NCBI GenBank assembly: GCA_010356995.1 | Contig: ML996692.1 | Location: 1,003,933 to 1,067,932, forward strand | Reading direction: 5' to 3' | Length of the DNA: 64,000 bases | DNA from: Trichodelitschia bisporula | Taxonomy: Eukaryota | Part shown: positions 46,436 through 57,523 of the stretch, piece after piece | How positions within the stretch are numbered: the stretch's first letter is position 1 | Layout of the letters: every line of letters starts with the position of its first letter | Position numbers and translations under genes: made by a program | Notes under the pieces: model-generated | What the model was told of the DNA's origin: nothing | Databases searched by the model: none | What the model saw: only the letters and a program-made list of their open reading frames with translations

Positions 46436-48511
46436 TTTGATATCAGACGTGATGTCCCCCCACACCCAACCCAACGACGTAGCTGATCCTCGAACCTTTC
46501 AATCAACGAGTGTCGACCAGCCTTGAAGGTGTCAAGTCAGCGAAAGATATTTCTGCCGCTTGAAGTGAGGTGATGTGTTCGATATCAGTGTTGATTCATC
46601 CGAGAGGGGTACCTGATGTTCGATGGATCTAGCGAGATAAGTTAGCAAAGGATGTCTGACGCAAAGCCGAAGCTGCACGTCGCCCACCGCAATGATATTG
46701 CGGTGGATGAGCGCTACTTACTCGCATTCCCTCCGAAACCACCAACTATCCAGACTCTCTGCACCTCTCCGTTTGCTGCGGGGACGCCGCCGAAGCCATG
46801 GGACGAAGCAACGAGGGCGTGGGGTAGGCGCGGATGAGAGACCAGGGAAAGAGTGATATGGCGGTCCTCTCCTCTCTCCTCTTTCCTCGCTCACTTCCGC
46901 CTCTTGTGGGTCAGTTGTCCCTTCCTAGATTCTCCTTTCGCGTTTCCAACTCTCTGGTCGTCAATACAGGAACCCTCAACCGACTCTCAGGACGACATGA
47001 CTGCTCTTTCAAGGTCGAGACTGCAGGGAAACGAAGGCTCCTTCTCCTTCTCTGGCCGGACACCCAAGCAAACGCAAGGAAGAGAAAGAACAACAACACA
47101 AGGAAGTAGAACAGAGAGCACCAGGGCGAGACAAGAAGTCATAAATCAAGAAAGTAAGAACATCACACTCCCCTCTCCTTGTACCGCCCACTCCCCTCCA
47201 CCCAAGCAACCAGCCTGCAACCCACACTCCAGTCCCCCATCCCAATCAACTCCCCATCCCCATCCCCATCCCCAAAATCACGGCCATAAACCGGCCTAAC
47301 TCGCCGTCTCACATCCTCGCGGCCAAAAATCACCAACCCACAAACCCGTGTGGTCACCACCTCCCCGGCCCCCCTCGCGCGCCGCGCCGGGAACCCGCTG
47401 GGCCACACAGCCAATCAAACACCCCACATCCCCTCCCACCAAACGGCGTGCCAAAACAACGCAACCACTCACCGTCCCCCATGCCCTCGGCCTCATCTCC
47501 AACCCTCCGCCCGCAGCGAGCCACTCACGTAGCCTTCAGCACAAATACGAAGTACGCGATGACGCTTGTCATCGCGGGGCTGCGCACGCGGTGGCGGCGG
47601 CGGCGTGCCCGGCGGGGATGGCTTGGGTTAGGCGACCCGGTTGGGTGCGGGGCGAGGCGGAGGTGCGAGCGGTGGACGAGGCTCTGGCGGTCACCCGGGC
47701 GAGATGTGCTGTTGTGCTACGGCGCGTTGTTACGGCTGCTCTGTGGCTTCCCGGTGAAGGTCCGAGTCGGTGCGGTGCTGCAGGTGGAGAGGAGCCCCTG
47801 TACCGAGTGAGCGGGTCGTTCGGCTTGTGGTGCCTGAGGGCTGGACGGAGCCGCATTTTGACGTCCGAGGATGCCGTTACGCGGGGTGGAATGCCCCGAG
47901 GGGTATTGGGGTTCTTGTCTGTCCATCTAACATGCCGCGTATGGCTGACGGGCAATTTGGGAGATGGGGCCGGTATGCCGCCAGATGTCGTAGGGCGGAG
48001 ACGGACTCCGTCCGTAACCCCACATTCGACTTCAGTAAACTTCAGCTGGGGCGAGATGATTTTTCATTTTCATGCTCGTTGGATGGGCCTTCCATGTCGA
48101 ACGCCTTCCCGAGGGGTGTACGACAATGGAATATTATCCCTTATGCGTAAGCAGATGCTTTCCCTGCTGTTAAATTGCTGCGGAGATTGTATCTCGTTAC
48201 GCACGAGCGACTTTGCATGCTTTGGGGCTGCATGGCGCAATTATGTCGATGCTTGTTCCCGTGGCCACTGGGAATTTTACTCGAGGCCATTGTAGGTGTG
48301 AGATGTGGTACAATGCGATTGTCTTCAGCCTCCTAGAACCGAGAATGGATATGCCCATTGACTGACTACGGAGGGCTTCCAACTGTTTCTCAAATCATAT
48401 CTCCTGCACAGTGAAGGAATGGCGCCAAATGCCTCCACTCCTGCTGGCTGCTACCGGTACAGGCCCGTAACTAACGTGCCATTTCATGTTTGCTCTACTC
48501 CTTCTTACCAA

Positions 48512-49886
48512 TTACACCTCTTTCCCCTTCCCATCTTCATTGGCCCCTTCCACCTTCAGCGGCCGCTCCGGATTCGGCGTGAGCAGATATCGAGCATCAA
48601 GCAAATTCGCCCCAGGACTAACCTCCAACCCAAACCCAGGCCTGTCCAACTGCGTAACATCCAAAAACCCCCTCACCGGCACCGGCTCCTCAACAAACAA
48701 GTTCCCAAAAACCGGCACCACGCTCTTCCCATCCGGACTCGCCGCCAAATACTCCTGAAACGGCGCATTGGGGGTCGCAACCACAAAATGATAGCTATAC
48801 GGCCCGCTCGCATGCGGCACAACCGGCACATCATACGCCGCCGCCAAGTTCGCAATCTTAAGCAACTCCGTCAAGCCCCCGCACCACATGACGTCCGGCT
48901 GCAAAATGCTGATATTCCGCCCTTCAACCAACCGCCGGAATCCGTAGCGGCTATACTCGTGCTCGCCAGTCGTGAACTTCGCCCGCGGATGCGCCGCCTT
49001 GAGCAGCGCATGCCCCTCCACGTCGTCGGGCGAGAGACACTCCTCCCACCAATTTATCCCGAGGTCGGCACACGCACTCACCAGATCAATCGTGTACGCC
49101 ACGTCTAGGCTCATGTAGCAGTCCACCATAAGGGGAAAGTCCGGGCCTACGGCCTCGCGGTGCGCGCGCAGGAAGGACACGTTCTTGGCTAGCCCGGCGG
49201 TGCCCTCGCCGAGCCCGTGCGGCAGCGGCACCTTTGCGCCGAAGAAACCCGCGGCTTGGGCGGAGACTGGCTCGGGGGTTGTGCAGTAGAAGGAAAGGCG
49301 GGAGCGCGTCGCACCCCCGATCAGCTTGTACACGGGCTCGCGCCGGATTTTGCCGACGAGATCCCAGAGCGCGAGGTCGATGGCGGAGATGGTGGCGGTG
49401 GGGAGGCCCTTGCGCCCGTAGAAGAGGGAGGCGCGGTACATTTGGTCCGAGAGGCGGTTTGTGTCGCGGGGATCTGGGGCGGGGTTAGCGGGGTCGGATA
49501 GATGTGGGGTGCGGAATCTGGGGATCGGGGAAGCCCGTTTCCCTTTCGCCCGAGTGACCCCGGGTGGGGGGTGGGGACGTACCGGCGCCGATGAGGAAGC
49601 GCTCGAAGTGCTGGTGCACTAGCCAGCAGGCGGGTGGTCCGCCGAAGCCTGTTGCGAATCCCGTTGTGCCGTCCGAGGCTGTGAGTTCGACGCAGAAGGA
49701 TCCGAGGACGTTGATGCCCCATGAGGTGCGGGAGGAGCGATATTCTTCGTAGTGCGACATGGGGGTTGAGATCTTGGAGTCGACGAGCCAGTGCCCGTTG
49801 GGTACATTGTGGTAGTCACCGCCTGAGCCGATGCCGTGTATGATGAAGGTCTTTACGGCGGTGATGGTGGGGAAGGAGACGGCCAT
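48512..49886 (-). CDS. lraC: L-rhamnonate dehydratase (enolase/mandelate racemase superfamily). Intron 49582-49474
   Basis: GSGGDYHNV..HWLVD..ISTPMS..SRTSWGINVLG..HFERFLIGA|DPRDTN..YGRKGL..DLALWDL..KVPLPHG..MVDCYMSL..WWEECL..TTGEHEY..LQPDVMWCGG..VPHASG. Confidence 0.92.
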
Positions 49887-50965
49887 TTTGAGGGTGGTGA
49901 TAAGGCTGGAGGGGGGGGGTGGAGGGGTGATGAGGCTGATGAGGCTGATGGGAGACTGCAAGTAGGGACACGAGCGGACTGATACATATACCCACCCACA
50001 TATCCTCCGATTATGCTTCCACGGACATGTTCCCGGCCCCTCTGCTGAAGCCAGTTTAGCTTTCACCATACGCCCACGGCTCACCAGTCCAGACTTCGGG
50101 CCATCTTCCAGCGACGCCCTGGCTTGCGTGATTGGCGATGTTGACGATTCGGCCGTCGGGATACAGTACGGTAGACGCACATCCCTCCGTTCAGCCGTCC
50201 ATGTTCTAATTACTGGCCACGGCCATTCCACTGGACTAGCATTAAGGGCAGACCGGTCACGGTTGCCCGCCTGCGCAGTGTGCAGTGTGATAGTCCCGGG
50301 CTTGCCGTTGTCGTGCGTTGGTTGAGAGAGAGAGGAAGAAGTGCCCACCACCCTCTGACCATCAACCACCAACCAGGACACGCCGAGCGAACGCCCCAGC
50401 GCCCCGAATTACCCGGCCATGCCACACCCCCATGTTTCTACGCCCATACCGTACATTGTGCATGCATTAACTCTCACCTGCAGCCATTGTGATTGATGAT
50501 GCCCTGCGTTACTGGACGTTGGTTGATGGACGATGGACTTCACGGAAGATTACGTGCCTATGTTAAGACATGGACTGCGGATGTATGTTGAGGCATGTTC
50601 GCCTATTCCCAGCCTTATTCCTCCCTCCCTCCGCCGTCGTCCCCGGATTTCCCCCCTAATTATTATCTAGCTCCCCATAGCCTGCCCCCCTCATCACCAC
50701 CCCCTCCCTCCCCTCCCTATCCTCCAGTAACCATCCAGAGAAGTCCCAAAGCGCCCCCAATGCCCACCCAATGAACCCCCGTTTCTACGTTAAGTCCCAT
50801 GTCCCCCACACGTTCCCCCCTCCCCGCATCAGCCCGACCAACGCTCCTCGGCACATCTCTCCCTCGAGCAATTGCACCCTTCGGCCCATTAAGATACGAG
50901 CCAAACGCACGGCGCACCACTCACTCCATCTAATTGTCTTCCTCGCCTGAGTCCAATCCCTCGCC
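49887..50965. promoter_or_regulatory. Bidirectional promoter shared by lraC and the RhaR-like regulator
   Basis: Head-to-head ATGs at 49886 (-) and 50966 (+). Several CGG/CCG triplets at about 50030-50300 could be Zn2Cys6 half-sites; the exact site is not determined. Confidence 0.55.
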
Positions 50966-53599
50966 ATGAGCGCCGCAGCTCCTCCTTCGAGTCACACCAG
51001 TTACACGTCGCGTCAGGCCCAGGGCCAGGCCCAGCCTGGCGATCCCCAGCATCACCACCACCACCACCACCACAACCACAACCACAACCACAACCACCCC
51101 AACGCGTCGTCGCCCGACCCCGACCCCGAGCGCGCCCACTCCCTCGACCACCACCTCAACCAGGACAACGACGACGACCACAACCCTCCCGGCTCCTGGT
51201 CCCCCTCCTCCTCCGCCCGCTCCGACACCGAACCCCCCTCCTCCCACCCCACAAAACGGCGCAAACACAACCACAACCCCCCCTCCTCCCGCCCCCTAAG
51301 CGTCTCCTGCGAAACCTGCAAACAGCGCAAAGTAAAATGCGACCGCGGCCTGCCCGCCTGCGGGTGGTGCACCAAGAACGGGCAAAGGTGCGAGTACAAG
51401 GCGCGCAAGAAGCCCGGGTTGCGCGCGGGATATGGGCGGGAGCTGGAGGGGAGGTTGGCGGAGCAGGCAGGGCTGATCGGTCCGTCCCCCATCATCATTC
51501 ACTTCCGTCACACTGCAGTACAGCGTACCCTGAAGAATGTACCCGACTAACCCAGATTTACAGATCAAATCCGCGCCACCCTCCACCGCCACGACATAAC
51601 CCTCGCCCAACTCACCGCTGCACCCCCCCCCAATCCCCCCGCCCTCCCGCCCGCCTTCCGCGATCCCCCCCCGCAGCAGCCCTCCCAATCACCGCACACG
51701 CCCCTCCTCCCCCGGCCCGATCTCTGGCCCAAACCCATGTTCCCGCCCACCTACCCAGCGAGCGCAGAGTATGCCGACAGCCGGCCATCGCACGGGTACG
51801 CCACAGCGCATATGCAGGAGGTCAACGGCGCGCTGCCCCCGCTGCAGACCCGCGAGATGTACGCGCCAGACGCGCAGGCGCTGGTAGCGGGGCGGGGCGG
51901 GGCGAACGGCGCAGGGCCCGGGGCGAAATACGGGGCCGATCCGGGGGTGGGTCATGCGGCGCGGGCCGAGCCCGAGTTCCCGGCGTACGATGTGTGCGAG
52001 CATCTCGTCGATCTGTTTTTCGCGCACGTCAACCCCTGGTGTCCGCTGCTGCACCAGCAGGCGACTGTGGATGCACTGTTCAAGCCCGCGCTCATGCAGG
52101 AGGAGGAGAAGATACTCCTCCACGCGATCATAGCGACGACGCTGCGGTTCAGCACGGATGTGCGACTGACGGATGAGGTGCGGGTGCGGCAGCACAAGGT
52201 GAGCAAGGAGCGGGTGCAGCTTTACGGGCTGGAATATAGCTCCGTGCGCTCGTTGCAGGCGCTTGTTATCCTTACGCTTGATCTTGTGGGCGACTCGAAT
52301 GGTCCGCCGGGGTGGAATATGTTGGCGCTGATTTCGCGGGCTGTGGTGCAGCTGGGGCTGGCGGTGGAGTCGACGAGTCTGGCGGTGGCGCCGGCGTATC
52401 CGTCCATCTACACGCTACGCACGGTGATTCTCCCTGAGCCGAAGGACTTCATCGAAGACGAGAGCCGGCGACGGCTTTTCTGGGTCATCTTCCTACTCGA
52501 CCGCTACGCAACCATCGCCACAGCCTTCGACTTCGCACTGGACGAGAAGGAAATCGACCGCCGGCTGCCCTGCCGCGACGACTTCTTCATCAGCAACCGC
52601 TTCGTCGAAACGCGGTGGTTCAAGACAGCCCACCGGAGCGACTACACGCTCGACAAGCCCGAAAACCTCGGGTCCTTCGGCTACTACATCGAAGTGATCG
52701 GCATCTTATCCCGCATCCACCAATTCCTCAAACAACCAGTCGACATCTCCGCCCTCCCAGACGTCGAGCAATGGCAACGCACCTACCGCGCCCTGGACTC
52801 CGAACTCCAAACCTGGCAATACAACCTCCCCCCAGAGCATGGGAACATGTCGCGCGCCTACTCCCCGCCCTCATCCAAAAACCCCCCCCCCACCCCCCCC
52901 GCCTGGATAATGCTCCACGCCACCTTCCACACAACCATGATCCGCCTGCACTCCTCCGCCGCCTACCCCACAACCCGCTCCCCAATCTTCACCCCCTCCT
53001 TCTCCGCCGCCCAACGCTGCCAATCAGCAGTAGAACACATCGCCGCCCTAACCGCCTACGTCGTCTCCACGGGCCAACTCCCCCACCTCGGCCCGCCCTT
53101 CGCCTTCGCGCTCTGGGTCGCCGCCCGCGTGCTCCTCGTGCACGGGTGCACGCTCGTCCGGCGCGTGAGTCGCCTCATCCACCCGCTCGTCGACGCGCTG
53201 CACGTGCTGGGCCGCAGTTGGCGCGTGGCGGCGCGGTATGCGGATCTGCTCGCGCGCGTGCTGGACGAGTATCGCGAGAGCGAGGCCACGCCGGGAGGCG
53301 GCGTTCCGAGGAGTGTAACTATTCTGGCGGATATGCGGCGCACGGCGTTTGATCTCGATGCGCTGATTTCGCGGCAGCCGCGGGGCGGGGGTGGGGCGGT
53401 GGGGGGACAGGGAGCGGGTGGTGGGGCGCCGGTGGGGGTGCAGCCGAGCAGGGCGGATTTGGAGTATCTGGATGTTTTCGACTTTTTTAATGTCCCGAGG
53501 CTGGCGGGGGGGGTTGGAGAGGAAGGGGGCATGGAGGGGGAGTTTAATATCACGAATTTTATGGTGGATGCTAGTGCGGATTGGCTGGGGGGTGCTTAG
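50966..53599 (+). CDS. rhaR: Zn2Cys6 transcription factor with fungal-specific TF domain, RhaR-like (L-rhamnose utilisation). Intron 51480-51563
   Basis: CETCKQRKVKCDRGLPACGWCTKNGQRCEYKARKKPGLRAGYGRELE; LVDLFFAHVNPWCPLLH; EDESRRRLFWVIFLLDRY. Divergent from L-rhamnonate dehydratase, as in known Aspergillus lra/rhaR clusters. Confidence 0.85.
51050..51098 (+). repeat. Coding microsatellite (CAC)n/(CACAAC)n encoding HHHHHHHNHNHNHNH
   Basis: Read directly in exon 1 of the RhaR-like gene. Confidence 0.9.
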
Positions 53600-54155
53600 G
53601 GGGAGGGAGGGATGGTGGGTTGCGAAATGGAGGCGGTGTATAGGGGTCTTGCCTCGGCGGCTCTGCATGTGCTCGACACGTCTGGGTTAGGTTCGGCGTA
53701 CGTGCATACTGTGGATATCGTGTACATATGGGGTAGATGGGCACTGGACACAGTCGACGAGGCTGAATATGGGGTCGCCTCCTGATGGGGGAGCAATGGC
53801 TCATTACGTCCGAAGGCAATTTTAAGCAGAATATTGAAGTAAAGACAAAGAGAGGAAGAGACTCTCGAGACTTAAATACACGATGCCAAGTATCCTCCTT
53901 CCATGTCTACATCGATCACAGGCATCTGAAGCGGCTCATAGTCATGATAAGTAAGCTATAAGCTATAAACGTTGAAGCTAGAATAAAGACAAGGAAAACC
54001 AGCAGCGAAGGACCGTAACCGTCGTCACGCCGAGGGCAGCGGACCGGGACATCATCAACACCATAACACCATAACACCATCATCACCAGAACACCATCAT
54101 CGACACCGTCATCAAGACCAGATACGCCCCCCAACCACCCCAACGCCGCCCCTCA

Positions 54156-56186
54156 TCACCGCCACGAAAACACCCCACTCTTAAGCACACGCCTCAAATG
54201 CTCCCCCCCCTTCCACCCCCCACTCCCAGCCCCCTTCCTCAACCTCCTCCCCCCACTCCACCACCCCCTCCGCTCCCGCCCCTCCTCCTGCGGCTCAAGG
54301 CACCCCTCAACGACTAGATCATCCCCGCACACCGGCCCCCTCACCGGACTCATAACAACAGGCACATCCATCCACCCCACCCCCCTCTCCTCCCTCCCCG
54401 CCCTCAACCCCCCCTCCTTCAAACCCCTCTCCATCCCACCCCCCACCCACTCCACCTGCTCAAACGCAAACTCAACTCTACTCCGCCGTTTATGGCGTGC
54501 AATAAACGCCCCCGCCCTCCGCCCATCCACCGCCGCATTCGACAGCCTCAGCGAGCGCAGCGCAGGGAAACACAGCGCCTCAGCCGCGGCCGGTGTGTTG
54601 TGTTGCTCCGGCAGCAGCGGCTCCCCGCCGCCGGACCCACCCCGCTGATGCCTCCCCCGCACCGGGTGGCTCCGACCATGCGTAGGGTCGCTCGACCCAC
54701 GCACATGGCCCTGTTCTCCATGAAGAGCCGCGCCTTCCCCCGTTGCAGTCCCCGGTCTCCGCCGCGGCGCCCACTCCACGCGCTCGCGCTCGCGCATCCA
54801 CGCTGGGGGCGAGCGCTTGCGTTCGCCGCCCCAGACATCCTCGAGTGGACTTGCGGCGCGGGGGCCGAGCCATTCGAATGCCAGGTCCTCGAGGGACGGG
54901 GCGAAGGCGCGGAGGAAGGCGGATAGCGGGCGCACGTGTGCGGGATCGAGCGTGCCGGATGCGGAGGCGGTGAAAAGGTCGCTGCGTAGGGATAGGTGAA
55001 GGGTGCGGATTTGCGCCCAGCGCTTGGCGCTCCCTGGTGTCGCGCCCGGGCCGTGCGTGGGGCGCAGGTAGAAGAGGGATTGCGGGTGGATGTCCACTAG
55101 GTTGAGCGTGGAGAGGCGGGGCAGGGGCGCGCGCTCGATGGCCAGGCGCAGGGTGAGGAGCGCGTAATCGACTGTGCTGCGCCTGTACGCTTGAGCGGGG
55201 CCGGGCGCCGCGCCGGGCGTGGACACGGTTAAGCTCTCCAGGGACGGGAGCGCGGACAGCGCGGTCATGAAGGCGCCGACGTTAGTAGCTGCGTGGAAGA
55301 GCGGCGGGTACTGCGCTATGAGCAGCGACGCCAGTTCAGGCGGGTAGCGCGGGGCGTCGGCGGCGGCGGGCGGGACGTAAGTGAATGGAATCTGGGTCCC
55401 GGATTCTGGGTCTAGGAGCGGGGGGAGGAAGGTCGAGGGCCCGTGGGGGAGGGTGAAGGTTAGGGTTTTTACGTGGTGGCCTATGCGGGCTAGAGCGGCC
55501 TGTCGGCGGGGCTTGGAGAACGTGGCAGGGCGGAAGGTGAGGGGGAGGTGGGTGAAGAGGGGGGGGGCGCAGCGCGTGGATAGGTCGTGGCATACTAGGC
55601 GGAGGGAGGCGAGGGTGCTGGGGGAGTGAGAGAGGGCGGAGAGGAGAGCGGTGCGGCAGTTCGGAGTGGACCAGAGGCGGGTGAATGCTGGGGAGGTGGA
55701 GAAGATGAGGGCGCAGGTGGCCGGGGCGAGGGTGGGGGGGGGGGTGCTTGCCGAAGCTGCGGTCGGTTAGTTGGGTGTTATCGATCGGGCCGAAGCGCTG
55801 GTGGGAGGACGGGTAGGAGGGAACCGGCTCCGGCTGAGGCAGGAATACTGGGTTTTCACCCAGAGGCGCTACTCACTGAAACTGCTACACCCGAGCGACG
55901 GACTGCTCGCTATCTCGCCGAAGAGCAGCTCTCGCGACGGATGGCTCGCCGTGCTCGTGCTGCTGCTGCTGCTGGCGGAGCGCGCGCTGGCGTCCGAGCC
56001 TGAGCCCGCGCGGCGGCGGAGGGAGGGGCGCGAGGGAGAGGGGCCTGGGCGGCGCGGGGAGGAGTCCATGTTCGAGCGTCGGGCGGGCGAGGAGTCCATG
56101 TTCGGGCGGCGGGAGGGCGAGGAGTCCATGTTCGGGCGGCGGGAGGGCGAATCGGGGTATGCCCGTCTGACAGGCGAAGCGTCCAT
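54156..56186 (-). CDS. Conserved fungal hypothetical protein, F-box/LRR-like. Intron 55876-55757
   Basis: GTGAGT..CTAAC..CAG intron joins MDASPVRR..CSSF to TSASTPP..LASLRLVCHDLSTRCAPPLFTHL..ALARIGHHVKTLTF..FLPPLLDP..QYPPLFHAATNV..LPSLESLTVS..YRRSTVDYALLTLRLAIERAPL..WAQIRTLHL..FPALRSLRLSN. Confidence 0.78.
56059..56150 (-). repeat. 30-bp (10-aa) coding tandem repeat, 3 copies (SPSRRPNMDS)
   Basis: GAGGAGTCCATGTTCG at 56059, 56089 and 56119. Confidence 0.9.
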
Positions 56187-57366
56187 TACGAGTATCGGGC
56201 CGGTGTCCAGCAGCGGCGTTATGCGTTGTCCGTAAATCGTCCAGTCGTAAAATCGCACGTCGTCAATCGTTCAAAGGCAGCGTGAGTGGAAAGCGAAAAT
56301 TCGAATTCTTGCAAACCTCAGGAAAACTCTCCAACCGGCGCCCGCCGCATTTACCCATTCCTCCTCCCGTCCCAGCCCCGACAACACCCCGTGCGACGCA
56401 GGTGTGAGTCAACCTTCCCCACCGCGCATCGTTCGCGTTCTTGCACTTCAAAAACGCGACCATCTCGCGCTCGCGCGTCGCCCGCGCCTTATGTATTCCT
56501 ACGCGACGGGTGCGATGACTGGAAGGTGGATGCGTGTCGGGGCCCGATGCGGGAGTCGACGCGCAGGTGCGGGGAACCCGGGAGGGAGACTGGCCAATGG
56601 GGTGAGGAGGGATGTTGGGCGAAGGTTTTGGATGGGCCGGGGGGTGGGCGAATGGGAGGCCGGGGCCGGCGCGCGGCAGACCGGTTCGTGGCCGGCATAT
56701 GCGGCTACGGTCAAGTATGCACGGCGCGACGCGTGAGGGATTTTGTCTGCGTGTCTGCTTGGTGCGGGCGGTGACCAATGGGAGGCTGGGAATTTGGGGT
56801 CGTTCGACCTGTGAGGAGCGGTGGAGGGCGTGATAGGCTCCGCCGTGGGTGTTATCGATGGTCTGTTTGGATTCTGGAATGTGGGCGCAGCGGGGGCGAT
56901 CTGGTGTTTCGTTCTTCGTTTCTGTGCTTCCACGCGGTTGGCCAATCGTTCACTGTTCAAGGGGAGGGTTGAAGACGGGGTCGGGATGCGGCTATCGGGC
57001 AGGTTGTTTACGGGGCCGGTTGAGGGCCGTTTGTCGGGCGAGGTTCAAACGGCAGGCCGATGGCGCGCGGAGGGCGCCGTTCGAGGTGAAACGCTTGTGG
57101 GGCTTGACGGATGGCGGGTGAAACGTGTTGATGGTGTTGGAGGCTGGCACGCGTGCGTTGCTATGTAAACATGGAAGTCCGTGGCAGTCGAGGGGGATCT
57201 CAGCTTCTCGCTCTCTTTTCTTCCCTTCATCTTCATCCGAGAGACGGCCCGCTCTCATCTTCCCTTCAACCATTTTCAGGTTCTTGACTGACTTTGACTG
57301 CTTCCTTCATCCGAGAGGCAACGAGCACGCTCGAGTAAGCAGCATGCGGGGCTCTCGGGGTTGGGA

Positions 57367-57523
57367 TTTCTCCGAGATTGTATTCCCGAGCCGTCATATT
57401 CCCGATCAAAGGAATCTTCACCCGAAGCCGGCAGTGTTTTCTACTTTCTCCGAGATGGTATTCTCGAGCATCGTGTTCGAGAGGCAAAGGAATGTGCATC
57501 CGAAGCCGGCGCAGTGTCTCTAC
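57367..57523. repeat. Intergenic 78-bp tandem duplication, 2 diverged copies
   Basis: TTTCTCCGAGAT.GTATTC.CGAGC...CAAAGGAAT...CA.CCGAAGCCGGC..AGTGT.TCTAC at 57367 and 57445. Confidence 0.85.

Noticed and set aside
46650..48400. Several ORFs up to 315 aa downstream of lraC, and a stray GTGAGT donor
   Set aside because: No coherent spliced model, no recognisable motifs, and no resemblance to lraA/lraB by eye.
49887..50381. Long N-terminal extension of L-rhamnonate dehydratase
   Set aside because: Promoter/UTR sequence; family similarity starts at MAVSFPTI (49886).
32046..57523. CRISPR-like reading of the tandem repeats
   Set aside because: Eukaryotic context, 2-4 contiguous copies without unique spacers, and no cas genes.
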